DNA of 64,000 nt from Dictyostelium discoideum (lineage: Eukaryota), in NCBI GenBank assembly GCA_000004695.1, contig CM000150.2, positions 2,304,001 to 2,368,000 of the forward strand. Direction: 5' to 3'. A model generated the notes under the pieces. That model searched no databases and had not been told where the DNA came from. It was given only the letters and a program-made list of their open reading frames with translations. Both the position numbers and the translations under genes were made by a program. Below are positions 51,777 to 63,303 of the stretch, piece after piece. Every line of letters begins with the position of its first letter. The stretch's first letter is position 1.

Positions 51777-52138
51777 TTTTTTTTTAATAAAACACATATA
51801 TCTTTTTTTTCTTTTTTTTAAAAATATAAATTTACTTTAATTTTTAATTTTTTTTTTATCCGCCATTCATTTTTTTTTTTTTTTTTTCGATGCCTTTTTT
51901 CATTTTTTAAGGGTTTTTTATTTCCTGTAATATATTTTTTATTTTTTCTTTTTATTTATTTTATTTTATTTTTACTTTTAAATTTTATTTTATTTTTACT
52001 TTTTATTTATTTTATTTTTATTTTTAAATTTTATTTTTAAATTTATTTATTTTGTTTTTATTTTTAAATTTTATTTTTATTTATTTTTTTTTATTATTAC
52101 TTTTTTTATTTTATTTTTATAAATAGAAATAGGTGAAA

Positions 52139-52699
52139 TAATGAAAGATTTAGAACAATTTGATGATATGATTGGGATCTCTAATATTAATTTTTTTGAT
52201 TTATTAAAAAAGGTTGAATTTTTAATAAAAGAAAAAAAAGATAATAGAGGTCGAAACAAATTTATAAAACAAAAGAAAAATTATTTGTCACCTTATTTCA
52301 CATGAGGCATTATACAAGATTAATTGTTTTAAATAAGTTGTTATTAGTGCATCTACATTCACTAGGATATATGATGAGATATTGGATATACTTTTTCAAT
52401 TGTTTGAGAGAGATAAAGACTTTATATCAAAATTGGAAAAAGAAAAAGAATTTATATTAGGTGATAGAGGATTTGTTGGTATTGGAAGGTTAACTATTCC
52501 AAAAGGTAAAAGAGATTATGAACAGAAACAAACAGATATAGATCAAAAATCAATAAGAATAATTATTGAAAATGTGTTTTCAAAAATAAAAAGATTCTTT
52601 ATTACAAGTATGCCACTAAGATATAAATTTTCAGTAGGATCAATTGATATGGATAGTGTTCAAGAAAAACACAATAAGAGATCTAAAAAAAAATCTTAA
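52139..52699 (+). mobile_element. Remnant of a Harbinger/PIF (DDE_Tnp_4)-type DNA-transposon transposase gene: an N-terminal fragment (52139..52312, MKDLEQFDDMIGISNINFFDLLKKVEFLIKEKKDNRGRNKFIKQKKNYLSPYFT*) and a C-terminal fragment (ORF 52382..52699) separated by stops
   Basis: The C-terminal fragment FILGDRGFVGIGRLTIPKGKR...IENVFSKIKRFFITSMPLRYKF matches the DDE_4 C-terminal block (LlGDsgYp....ltP.......fN...s..R..vE..FG.lK.rFrilr.....). Upstream, 51950-52130 is a tttatttt(t/a)-type subterminal repeat landscape. The catalytic middle of the gene is absent. Confidence 0.45.
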
Positions 52700-52818
52700 A
52701 AAATGACAACGAATAATAAAATAATTTAATAATGAATTCAATGATTTTTTAATTGTTCACCATTTTTTTTTTCATATAAAATTAATATGAAAAAAAAATG
52801 AAAAAAAAAACAAAAAAA

Positions 52819-52942
52819 AACACTTCTGTGGATAATTGAATTAATTATAATTAACTCAGCGTATTTTAAAAAAGATCGAGTTATCACGGAATAAATTCAG
52901 TTGTTTCGAAATTGAAAAATTAATTCAATTATTCACAGAAAG
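52819..52942. repeat. Inverted repeat with 20-24-bp arms (ctgtggataattgaattaat at 52824-52843 and attaattcaattattcacag at 52918-52937, 1 mismatch) flanking a 75-bp spacer, 120 bp downstream of the Harbinger-like remnant
   Basis: The reverse complement of ctgtggataattgaattaat is attaattcaattatccacag; the observed partner is attaattcaattattcacag. Confidence 0.6.
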
Positions 52943-53126
52943 GTCAATTGGAAAATTCATTTTTTTTGTTTTTTTTTTGGTGGAATCCATTCCAGGGTCC
53001 CAAATTTATAAGTGAAATTACCCAAAATCCCAAAAAAAAAAGTTTTTTTTTCGAAAAAAAAAAATAAAAAAATATAAATATAAATAAAAAATAAAAAATG
53101 AAAAAAAAAAACACTTTGAAATCAAA

Positions 53127-53543
53127 ATGATAAATAAATTCTATTTATATCCAATTTATTTAATAATAATTATTTGCATTAATAGCAATAATAATAATAA
53201 TAATAATGGTGCCTTTGTATTAGGACAAGTTCAAGGAGTAACTTATTCAATTGATCAAAGTTTTGGTTATACCTATTTAAATTCATTTTCGGGTTCATGT
53301 CAATATTCATTTTCATTAAAAGTTTATAATAATCTATCCCCAGTCACTGAATTAAAATATGATGTAGAACCAGGACTAACAATAAAACCAATGATAATTG
53401 ATTCAGTTAATAACTATTCAATTTTTTCGATTAATTGTCCATTGACTGTAAATATTCCCAAGCAATTTAAATTTCTTGGGAACACTTTAAATCCACAAGT
53501 AAATTCTTTATCAAAAAACTTTTCAACTGATTTATATTGCCAA

Positions 53544-53610
<67 letters not shown>

Positions 53611-56600
53611 ATTAACAATTATAAAAAAAATAAATAAAGATTTTAATGTTGAAGGTTTAAATTTAGATATAAATAATTCAAGTTTGGTAGCTAATGATGG
53701 ATTTAATGGAATTAGTGGTTTATTAAGTATTAGTGGTTTAAAATATCCAATTAAAGAAATTACAGCTAGTTCAAAATATGCCCAAGTAAAGATATTCAAT
53801 AAAATTAATAATTTATATTATATAACTTTCTCTTCACCACCTCCAACTAATATTGGCGTTTGGCTTATAGATTTATTATTTCCAAATAAAAATTTAACTG
53901 TAGCATTAATTAATAATCTTTTTAAGAGTAGGTTTTATTTTATTTTTATTTTTTATAATAAAAAAAAAAAAAAAAAAAAAACTAAAAATTAATAATTTAT
54001 ATAGATACAAATAACTTAATTAGTGATTATAAAGTTTATGAACCATCAATTGACACTTTAAGATTAATGGGTACATTTACTCCACCATGTTTTACATTTA
54101 CATTGAATGACAATACAGAAGCATTACAAAGTTATCCATTCTTTTTTGTAAAATTATTTAATGATGTTACTTTGAATAATCCAGTTATCCAAGTATCATT
54201 TAATAATGTGCCTTATTATCTTGGAGATTTTTCAAGATTCAATTCAATTGATCAATATTCAGGTTCAATTCTCTCAACATTACAAAACCCAATTGCAAAT
54301 ATATCCTATCAATACAATAATAATTATGTTGATGCATTTCCCAAGAGTTTAAATTATTTGTGTAAGTTTTATTTATTTATTTATTTATTTATTTATTTTA
54401 TTTATTTATTATAATAATAATAATAATTATTATTATTGTTCTTATTTTAGATAAAAGTCTTAGTTTAAGTCAAGGTTCTACGGGACCTAGTAAAACCACA
54501 GATAAAATTACACTATTTCGAACTTCATTTCAAAAAATTTCACATACAAAATGTGAATTAAAAAATGATAGAAATATTACAAAATTTTTAGATTTTCCTT
54601 ACGGATATGGTATAGGTAGTACTAATTCATTCATTTTTAATTTTGAATTGTATGATCCGATTCGAACTCTAAGTTATAGGTTAGAAGTTTCTAGAACGAC
54701 TTTTTCTTCAAATTCTCCTCCAAACATAGGTAAGTTTTTATTTTACTAATTATCGATTGATTTTTTTTATTTTTTTGTTTATTTAAATAAATAATTAATT
54801 TTACTAAAAAAAAAAAAAATAGTATCAAGATTAAGATATTTTAAAATTGATAGAATTTTCAATAGATATGTTATGATTAGTGTTGGATTTTATCTTGAAA
54901 GTTCATCAAATTTTGATAATGTTTTAATTGGTAAACCAGGTGATGCAGATAAATTATTTAGATTCAATAGTTATAATGAAACTACTGGTTTATATCAAAT
55001 GTTTTATAAATATTCTAAAAATCCATTCAATAGAGATGATGATCGATTTTCATTTAGAGTTTTAAGTACAAATGGTGCAATAACTACATTTATAGAAGAT
55101 GAAGTGTTTATTGACCAATTTTCAAATAAAGGTACCATTTTATCACCTTCAAATTATTTTACAGAATTTAATAGTGAAGATATTGAAAGTATAACATTTA
55201 AAGAAAATGTTGTAAATACTACATTAAAATCAACATTGAATAGGGTTTATGTTAAATTAAACACCACCAATTCAAAAGTTATACCAAAAGGTGATAGTAT
55301 ACCAATTGGTTTTCAATTTAGAAATGGTAGAAGATTTACTAAAAATCCAGAATCATATCAAGATTTATTAGAAGATTCAGAGGGTAAAAAAGTTTATTAT
55401 TTAGATTGGAATAGTACATCAAAAGCATGGGAATCTGATTTTATAATACCAGCAAATTTAGTAACTGGTCAAATTTATTATTACATTCTAAGTTCAAAAC
55501 AATTACATAATAATTTCTATCAAAAATTCCCTTTAACAGTATTTTCAAATCAATTTGATCTTTTAGGTCCAATTATTTATAATCTTTCAAAATTGACACC
55601 AATTGAATCATCAACTGAAATTGAATTTGGTTGGGATATTAATATTAAAGATGAATTAAATGGTTTTAAAAGTGGTTTTATTGTAGTTAGAGGTGATATT
55701 GATAATTCAATTTATAATTATACATTAACATCAAAAATTGGTAATAATATTCTTATTGAAAATGATGTTATAAAATCAATTGACTTTAAAATAAGAATTA
55801 AAATTTCAAAAGTTCCAACATGTGTAACTCAAACTTATTCTATTACTGAATTGTTTTTACAAGATAATCAAGATCATATTACAAAATTTAATCAAGTTGA
55901 AGAAAAGTCACAACTTTATCCACAATTGAACCCATTTTTATTCTTTTTTAATTCATCTTTAATTATTACAACTAGTATTATATGTCCTTCAGCTGTTCCA
56001 TCACCAAATGATTCAAATGTACCAATAATAACTAGTCTTGCTTTAAAGAATAGTCAATTAATCGAATTTAATAATGATACAAAATCATTTGAAGCATCAA
56101 TAGTATTCACTGTTTATTCTTATTTTGGAATTAAAAATGAACAATATCCAACATGTTATTTAAATTCTGGTGATTTAGATTTTATTTATTCAAAAGCAAT
56201 TCTTGAATCATTTAATGATACATCCTATAATTATCGTTGTGTAATTCCTGTTAGAAGAGGATTTGGTTATCCAAATCAAATATTACTTTCAATCTTTGGT
56301 TTAATTAGTAATATTGGTTTATTTAATGGTTATACATCAGGTGTATTATTTAATACATTTGGTATTGGTATATTTCCAAATAGTGTTTCTGTTCCTACTT
56401 TTTCATTCCCAGTTTTAACAAATGTTTATTATTCAAGTGGATCATTTTGGATTCAAGGTTATAATTTATTCAATTTGAATTTTGTTATGGTTACAAATGT
56501 AACTTCTTCAACAAAAATTTATTATGAAATTGATAACACAATCGATAGTAGATTTCAAAATTTAATAAAATTAAATATTCAATCATTATCAGGAAACTTT

Positions 56601-57800
56601 GATTTTTTAGTTGTGGGAATTCAATATGATTCAAGAACTACAAATACACTTTTCTTTGATAATAGATTAATAGTAAATTATGAACCACCAACAACACCAC
56701 CAATTGTACCAACTTTAACACCAATTCAAAAATGTTCTGGAACACCATTATGTGGTGGTATTGATCATGGTTATTGTAGTCAAACGGTTGGTTGTATTTG
56801 TTATTCACCATATATTGGAATTGATTGTACATCACAAGTTATTGTAATACCTCAACCAAATATAACAAAACCAACTGATCCATCTGTTATTATTGAAACT
56901 AAACCTATTGGAGATAATAATAACCAAACATCAGGTAATCAAGTTTTATTATCAAGTATAATTTCAATTGCTGAACTTAGAGAAATTAATAGTAATAATA
57001 ATACAATTATAAAAAGATTTAAATTTGAAAAATGGGTTCAAACTACATTATCACCCACAATATCACAATATATTTCAAATGATGTATCGGATGGTTTAAT
57101 AGATCCACCAGCAATTGTAAATGTAAGAATTGAATGGTTTTCAAATTCAACCAATATCTCTTTTGCTGATCAATCAATTTTAATTAATCCATCAACTTTA
57201 AAATATACAATCACCATTTCACAATATAAATATCAATCAAGATTAAATAATCTTCAATTGATTATGAATGCTAAAGTTCAATCTAATCAAAGTGATAATA
57301 TATGCTCAAGTTATCAATTTGGTGAATCTTTTGATTATGAACATGAAAATAGTATTAACTTTATAAAATTACAAATTGGTAAATATAGTTTAAGAGGTAA
57401 ATATATTAAAAGAGCAATTATTGATTCTTCAAGAATTGTTACAATTAAAAATGAAATCTTATATGATTTAGATAATCAACAACAACAACAACAACAAGCA
57501 AATAGTACTCAATCATATGTTGGTATTACAATACCATACTTTTTAGATAGTGCAATATTAGATCCAGATTTTTCAGTTTTATTAGATAGTGGTGAAGCAA
57601 ATTCAGATTCTCCAAACTCTGTTTGTGGAAATGACTTTGAATCTGGTTTAAGTAAAGGTCAACTTATTGGAATTATTATTGGTTCTGCAATTTTTTTCAT
57701 CAGTCTTGTAGCTATTTTAATTTATTTAGTTTATAAAACTGCCATTTGTTTACCAGTTAGAATATTTTTATATAAAATATCAAAAAAATCAAAGGTGTAA
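53127..57800 (+). CDS. Large type-I transmembrane surface glycoprotein with an EGF-like Cys module, 1430 aa; 5 exons join(53127..53544,53667..53927,54005..54361,54451..54729,54823..57800)
   Basis: Signal peptide MINKFYLYPIYLIIIICINS. Donors GTAAAA at 53545 (with an A(59) run inside intron 1), GTAGGT at 53928, GTAAGT at 54362 and GTAAGT at 54730. Acceptors tttag at 53665-53666, tatatag at 54003-54004, attttag at 54449-54450 and aaatag at 54821-54822. All introns are phase 1 and the total is 4293 nt = 1431 codons. The product has many N-glycosylation sites, an EGF-like CSGTPLCGGIDHGYCSQTVGCICYSPYIGIDC, a TM helix LIGIIIGSAIFFISLVAILIYLVY and a short basic cytoplasmic tail. Its exon architecture and Thr/Asn-rich Ig/IPT-like ectodomain resemble the gene at 383..1729. 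Confidence 0.7.
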
Positions 57801-57965
57801 TTTAATAAAAATAATAAAATAAATAAATTTTAAGGTTCTTAAATTATTTTTTTATAATTAGATAGATTTTTCACTTATTAAAATAAATTAATAAATAATA
57901 AATAAACATCAAAAAAAAAGAAAATAATAAAAACGACTAAAATAACATTGCTTTCTTTTTATTTT

Positions 57966-57996
<31 letters not shown>

Positions 57997-58107
57997 CAAT
58001 TTTCCATTTTTTTTCATTAAATTTCTCGAAAAACAAATTTTTTTTTTTTTTTTATTTTTTCATTTTTTTTTTTTTCTAAACAAATAATTATATATTAATA
58101 AGAAAAA

Positions 58108-59016
58108 ATGGATTTATTTAGTCATTTAAATTGGTATAGTGGCGATTTTATGAATGAAGATGGCGAGCCAATAAAGAGTATACCAAGTGGAAAATTAATA
58201 TTAGTTTCAGATACATTAGAATCTGAAGGTTCATTTTTAATTCATTATTTTTTACAATCAATATTTAAAGCAACAACCTCAACAAACTCATCAACCAACA
58301 ATAATAATAGCAATAATAGTGGTGGTGTTGGTGGTGGTGCATGTTTATTAGGATTGAATCAAAGTTTATATAATTATTTTAATGTTGGTAGAAAATTAGG
58401 ATATAATTTAACAACAGAATATAATAAAGGTAATTTCACATTTATAAATGGATTATCAACACCATATAAATGGATAATTGAACAAAGATTACAACAATTA
58501 GAGGATCAAGGTATTGATGAAGAACCACAATTAGACTCAATCTCTCAAGGTTTTAATCCATTTCCAACTATTCATTTAATTGATAATAAGAATATCACTT
58601 CCTCCTCCTCCTCCTCTTCTTATTCAAACTCTAATAATAAAAATAAAAATAATAATGAATTAAAAGACATTTTATATAAAATTTATAATGAATTTATAAA
58701 TGATCATAAGAAAAGAGTAATGAATAATAATAATAATTCAAAGACTTTATTCATTATTGATGGTTTAAATTTATTAGAGAGTCATTATTCTACAAATCCA
58801 AGTGGTTCAAATATGGATATTTTAAACTTTTTACAATATTGTCATAATTATATCAAAGAGAATTCAACAACTTGTAGTATGATAATACTTTATCATAGTG
58901 ATTGTGATGAAGATTCAAAATTCTTTAATTTACTTCAATATGAATCCGATTTAACAATCAATATAACTGGTTTAAAATCTGGTTATTCAAAAGATATTGA
59001 TGGTCAAGTAAGTTTT

Positions 59017-59074
<58 letters not shown>

Positions 59075-59237
59075 GTCATTTTCAAACAATTTCTAATAAC
59101 TTTTTTTTTTTTTTTTTTAGTTAAATTTTATACAAAAAGATGAAAAAAATAATACATTTACAAGAGTTAATCCAATTCATTATCAAGCATTAGATAATTC
59201 AATTAGATTCTTCTCAATGGGTTCAAGAATTCAATAA
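58108..59237 (+). CDS. elp6: Elongator complex protein 6 (ELP6); 2 exons join(58108..59007,59121..59237), 338 aa
   Basis: KLILVSDTLESEGSFLIHYFLQSIFKA versus human ELP6 KLTLLCDAKTDGSFLVHHFLSFYLKA; FNVGRKLGYNLT versus SIVGQKLGVSLT; LTINITGLKSGYSKDIDGQ versus LILRAEGLATGFCRDVHGQ. Donor CAA|GTAAGT at 59008, a 113-bp intron containing T(42), acceptor ttttag at 59119-59120. Exon 2 is LNFIQKDEKNNTFTRVNPIHYQALDNSIRFFSMGSRIQ* (versus human FTYQYKIQDKSVSFFAKGMS). Confidence 0.85.
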
Positions 59238-59309
59238 AGTCTTTTTTTTTTTTTACAATTTATTTTTTTATTTTCATTTTTATTTTTTTTATTTTTATTA
59301 AATAGATTT

Positions 59310-59892
59310 TTAAAAGATAATACAGTTCGAGGTTTGATTATATTTTTCAAAAGGGTCATTAGCGATAGCCACTTTTACAGCTTCATCAAAAACAATTTTT
59401 AGACCTTGTTTTGTAAGTGCTGAACATTCTAAATATTGAATAGCTTTAATCTTTTTCATTAATGTATGACCTTGTTCATATGAGATTGGATTTAATTTAT
59501 CTTGTTTTAATTTATCTTTAATATCTTTATCATCTCTTTTATCTATTTTAGTGGCAACTAATATTATTGGTATATTTGGTGAATAATGTCTACATTCTAG
59601 ATTCCATTTATTAAGAACATTATGATGAAGTTGAAATAATTGAGAAACAAATTAAAAATACATTTACATTTTCATAATTTTTTGGTCTTAATAAATTATA
59701 TTCACTTTGACGTGCACAATCCCACAAATCAAGTAAAATCTGTTTCTCATTATCAATATTAATTTTCATTGTATGATTATCAATTATTGTTGGAATATAT
59801 TCATTTAGAAAATTATTAGTTGTGTATGTTATTAATAAACTTGGCTTTCCAACATATGTATCTCCTATTACTACACATTTTATTGTTTTCAT
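59310..59892 (-). pseudogene. Intronless Rac-like small GTPase copy with a +1 frameshift and loss of catalytic residues; probable pseudogene, unless the frameshift is a sequencing error
   Basis: ORF 59620..59892(-) [90 protein letters not shown] aligns to Rac1, but [11 protein letters not shown] has become GDTYVGKPSLL and DTAGQEDY has become DCARQSEY. In the +1 frame the sequence continues [104 protein letters not shown] (CaaX box CIIF) to TAA at 59310-59312. A single extra or missing base at about 59623-59626 (TCATCA-T-AATGTT) breaks the frame. There are no introns at the positions conserved in the neighbouring rac1 gene. Confidence 0.5.
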
Positions 59893-60110
59893 TTATTTTT
59901 AATGTTTTTTTTTTTTTTTTTTTGAATTGTTTTTTTTTTTTTTTTTTTTTTTATTTCAAAGAAAGGATATTTTAAAATTTTGATCAAAATAAAAAATACA
60001 ATTTATTTAAAAAAAAAAAATAAAATAAAAAGAATATACCTTTTTAAAAAAAATAAAAAGAAAAAGAATAATTGTATTTAATTTTTGATTGGTTGGTTGA
60101 GGAGATAAAG

Positions 60111-60114
<4 letters not shown>

Positions 60115-60198
<84 letters not shown>

Positions 60199-60211
60199 CT
60201 TTTTTTTTTTT

Positions 60212-60213
<2 letters not shown>
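60115..60213. repeat. T(84) homopolymer, then c, then T(14), abutting the rac1 stop codon; on the mRNA-sense (minus) strand it is a genomically encoded A(~100) tract that opens the rac1 3' UTR
   Basis: Direct count: T from 60115 to 60198, c at 60199, T from 60200 to 60213. The rac1 stop codon is the reverse complement of 60212-60214. Confidence 0.9.
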
Positions 60214-61103
<890 letters not shown>

Positions 61104-61531
61104 TTAATTTTTGTTTGTTTATGCCATTTGATTTAAAAAATAAAATTTAGTTTTTAAAGTAAAAAAAAAATGAATAAAAAAAAAAAAATTTTTAATTATA
61201 ATATGATATTTCCAAAATTAAAATGAATAATAAAATAATTAAAAAAAAAAAAAAGTCATAAAAATAAAATTTGAAATTTTTTCTATGAAAAAAAGGGGTT
61301 ATTTTTGGGATTATTTTTTTTTTTTTTAATAAAAATAGATTTTAATTTTATTTTAAAAGGGAATATATTAAAATTTTTCTTTCAATTTTAGTTTTTTTTT
61401 TTTATTACTATTGAATATTTTAATTAGGTATATATTTTTTAAAATTTGAATAACATACATTAATTTTTTGTTTTTTTTTTTTTTGTTTTTTTTAATTTTT
61501 TTTTTTTTTCTTGTTTTTTTTATACTAAACA

Positions 61532-61541
61532 ATGAAAGAAG

Positions 61542-61574
<33 letters not shown>

Positions 61575-62200
61575 AAAATACAACAAAAATAATAAGGAAT
61601 GAAGATGATGATTACGAATTAGTTAAAGTAATAATATTGGGTGATAATAAAACTGGTAAAAGTTCAATTTTAAGAAGATATCATTATAATGAATTTGAAT
61701 TAGGAGTATCATCAATTGGTGTTGATTTCATTAAAAAAGATTATGGTATGGTAAATGGTAAATATTATAAAATTCAAATTTGGGATGTAAATAGTTGTGA
61801 TAGGTTTAGATTATTAACCCACTCCTATTATAAGGGTGCACATGGTTTCATGTTATTATATGATTGTACTAATCAAGAATCATTTAATAATTTACAATTT
61901 TGGATCAATGAAATTATAAATAAATCACCAAATTCAAATAATTCAACAATTGTTATCATTGGTAATAAATGTGATTTAGTTAATGGCATTAAAATTGATC
62001 CAATTAAATCTAAACAATTTTGTGATTCAAAATCAATAACTTCATTTCAAAATGTTTCTGCAAAAGATTCTATCAATATAAATGAACCATTTGAAATTTT
62101 ATTTAGACAAATAATTAAAAAAGGTCATTCACAAACAGTTTCTCCAAAACATGATACATATGAAAATAATAATATTAATAAATCATGTAATATTTTATAA
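61532..62200 (+). CDS. Divergent Rab-family small GTPase (P-loop GDNKTGKSS; switch II WDVNSCDRF instead of WDTAGQE), 222 aa, with an N-terminal poly-Thr run and a C-terminal CNIL prenylation box
   Basis: The overall order G1, switch I (YHYNEFELGVSSIGVDF), WD...., GNKCD (the G4 NKxD motif) and SAK (G5) indicates the Rab/Ras superfamily. The catalytic Gln of switch II is replaced. Confidence 0.65.
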
Positions 62201-62789
62201 TTAAATTTGTTTTCGAAATAAAAATTTTGGGGGAATGATATGGTCATCTATTTTAGTGATGTTATAGTGAAAGTTTTAGAATTTTCTTCTCAACCTCAAG
62301 GAAATTAATTTTTCGGACTTTTACGTATAAAATTTTTAATTTTATCTAATTACTTCGTACTCTAAGTTTACAACTACCTTTTTTTGAATGGAATAACACA
62401 ATTTTTAGTTGCTTCTTCTTGAGATATATCTCATTTTATAAATTCTATTATTAGATATTACAGGTGCCTTTTAAGGTTTTATGGGTTTTTTTTTTTTTTT
62501 TTTTTTTTTTTAAAGTTGGGGGTGTAGAGTGTGTTTAGTGACGTAATATATTGTTGAGGTTTGATGGTAGTGGTACTGTGTGTAGTGGTGAGTTCCAGTG
62601 TTTGCTAAATCTTTCGAGTTGCAGGGAGATGATGTTTTTGAATTTTTTTATTTGTTCGTTGTTTGTTGCTTTTTTTTCTTGTCTGATTAGTTTGTATATG
62701 TTGTTTTTTGTTCTTTCCCAGGCTGCTGTTTGAGTTTTCTTTAGTTCGTGTACTAGTAGTTGTTTTCTTAAGTTTATGAATATGAATAA

Positions 62790-62900
62790 ATTATTTTTTA
62801 AAACTACCTTTTTTTTTTTTTTTTTTTTGAATTGTTTTTTTAAAACTACCTTTTTTTTTTAAAAACTGCTTTTTTTTTTTTTTTTTTTAAAACTACCAAT
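62790..62900. repeat. Tandem array of AAAACT(A/G)CC-T(11-20) units of 3 to 4 copies, ending about 35 bp upstream of the tRNA-Glu gene; one more copy lies at 62371-62386
   Basis: aaaactacc+T20, aaaactacc+T11, aaaaactgc+T20 and aaaactaccaatac read directly from the sequence. Confidence 0.8.
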
Positions 62901-62930
62901 ACTACTATTGGATTGAATTTTTCATACAAT

Positions 62931-63002
62931 TCCTCATTGGTGTAGTCGGTAACACTCTAGTCTTTCACACTGGTACCTCGGGTTCGATTCCCGAATGGGG
63001 AG
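62931..63002 (+). tRNA. tRNA-Glu (anticodon UUC), 72 nt, no encoded CCA, followed by a cttttt Pol III terminator
   Basis: The 5' acceptor arm TCCTCAT pairs with the 3' arm ATGGGGA. D-arm GTGTAGTCGGTAACAC. Anticodon stem CTAGT/ACTGG with loop CTTTCAC, anticodon TTC. T-arm GGGTTCGATTCCCGA carries the B-box consensus GGTTCGANTCC. Discriminator G at 63002. Confidence 0.85.
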
Positions 63003-63033
63003 CTTTTTAATTATTTTCCTAAAAAGATCGCAT

Positions 63034-63058
63034 GTTCGATGCCATGTTCGCATAACCC
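63034..63058 (+). promoter_or_regulatory. Two external-B-box-like motifs (GTTCGATGCC and GTTCGCATAACCC) 32-56 nt downstream of the tRNA, as described for Dictyostelium tRNA genes (ex-B box)
   Basis: They match the B-box core GTTCGA(N)(N)CC, and the position fits the known exB spacing. Confidence 0.4.
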
Positions 63059-63245
63059 GAACACTCCAAACCAATTCCATCATAATAAAAAAAAAAAAAA
63101 AAAAAAAAAAACAAGTAGTAGTAATCATAATATAACCAAAAATATCAACATATAACAATATAAAAATTTAAAAATTTAAAAATCTAAAAATTTAAAAATG
63201 TAATAAAATATAACAATACACCGCTTTTAGGTAAAAAAAAAAAAA

Positions 63246-63303
63246 CGATGCCATGTTCGATGCCATGTTCGATGCCATGTTCGATGCCATGTTCGATACC
63301 CAT
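63246..63303. repeat. Tandem array: 4 perfect copies of the 12-mer cgatgccatgtt plus 1 degenerate copy, preceded by A(12); the 12-mer equals the exB-box sequence at 63038-63049
   Basis: Direct reading: cgatgccatgttcgatgccatgttcgatgccatgttcgatgccatgttcgataccc. Confidence 0.85.

Noticed and set aside
52382-52699. The track ORFs beginning with M at 52382, 34933, 42841 and 53684
   Set aside because: The first codon is TTG in each case, so the ORF track evidently allows alternative starts. These positions are internal to exons or to a transposase fragment and are not real initiation sites.
59620-59892. The 90-aa ORF read as a complete small GTPase gene
   Set aside because: It stops in the middle of the GTPase fold. 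The rest of the fold continues in the +1 frame, so it is a frameshifted copy rather than a short gene.
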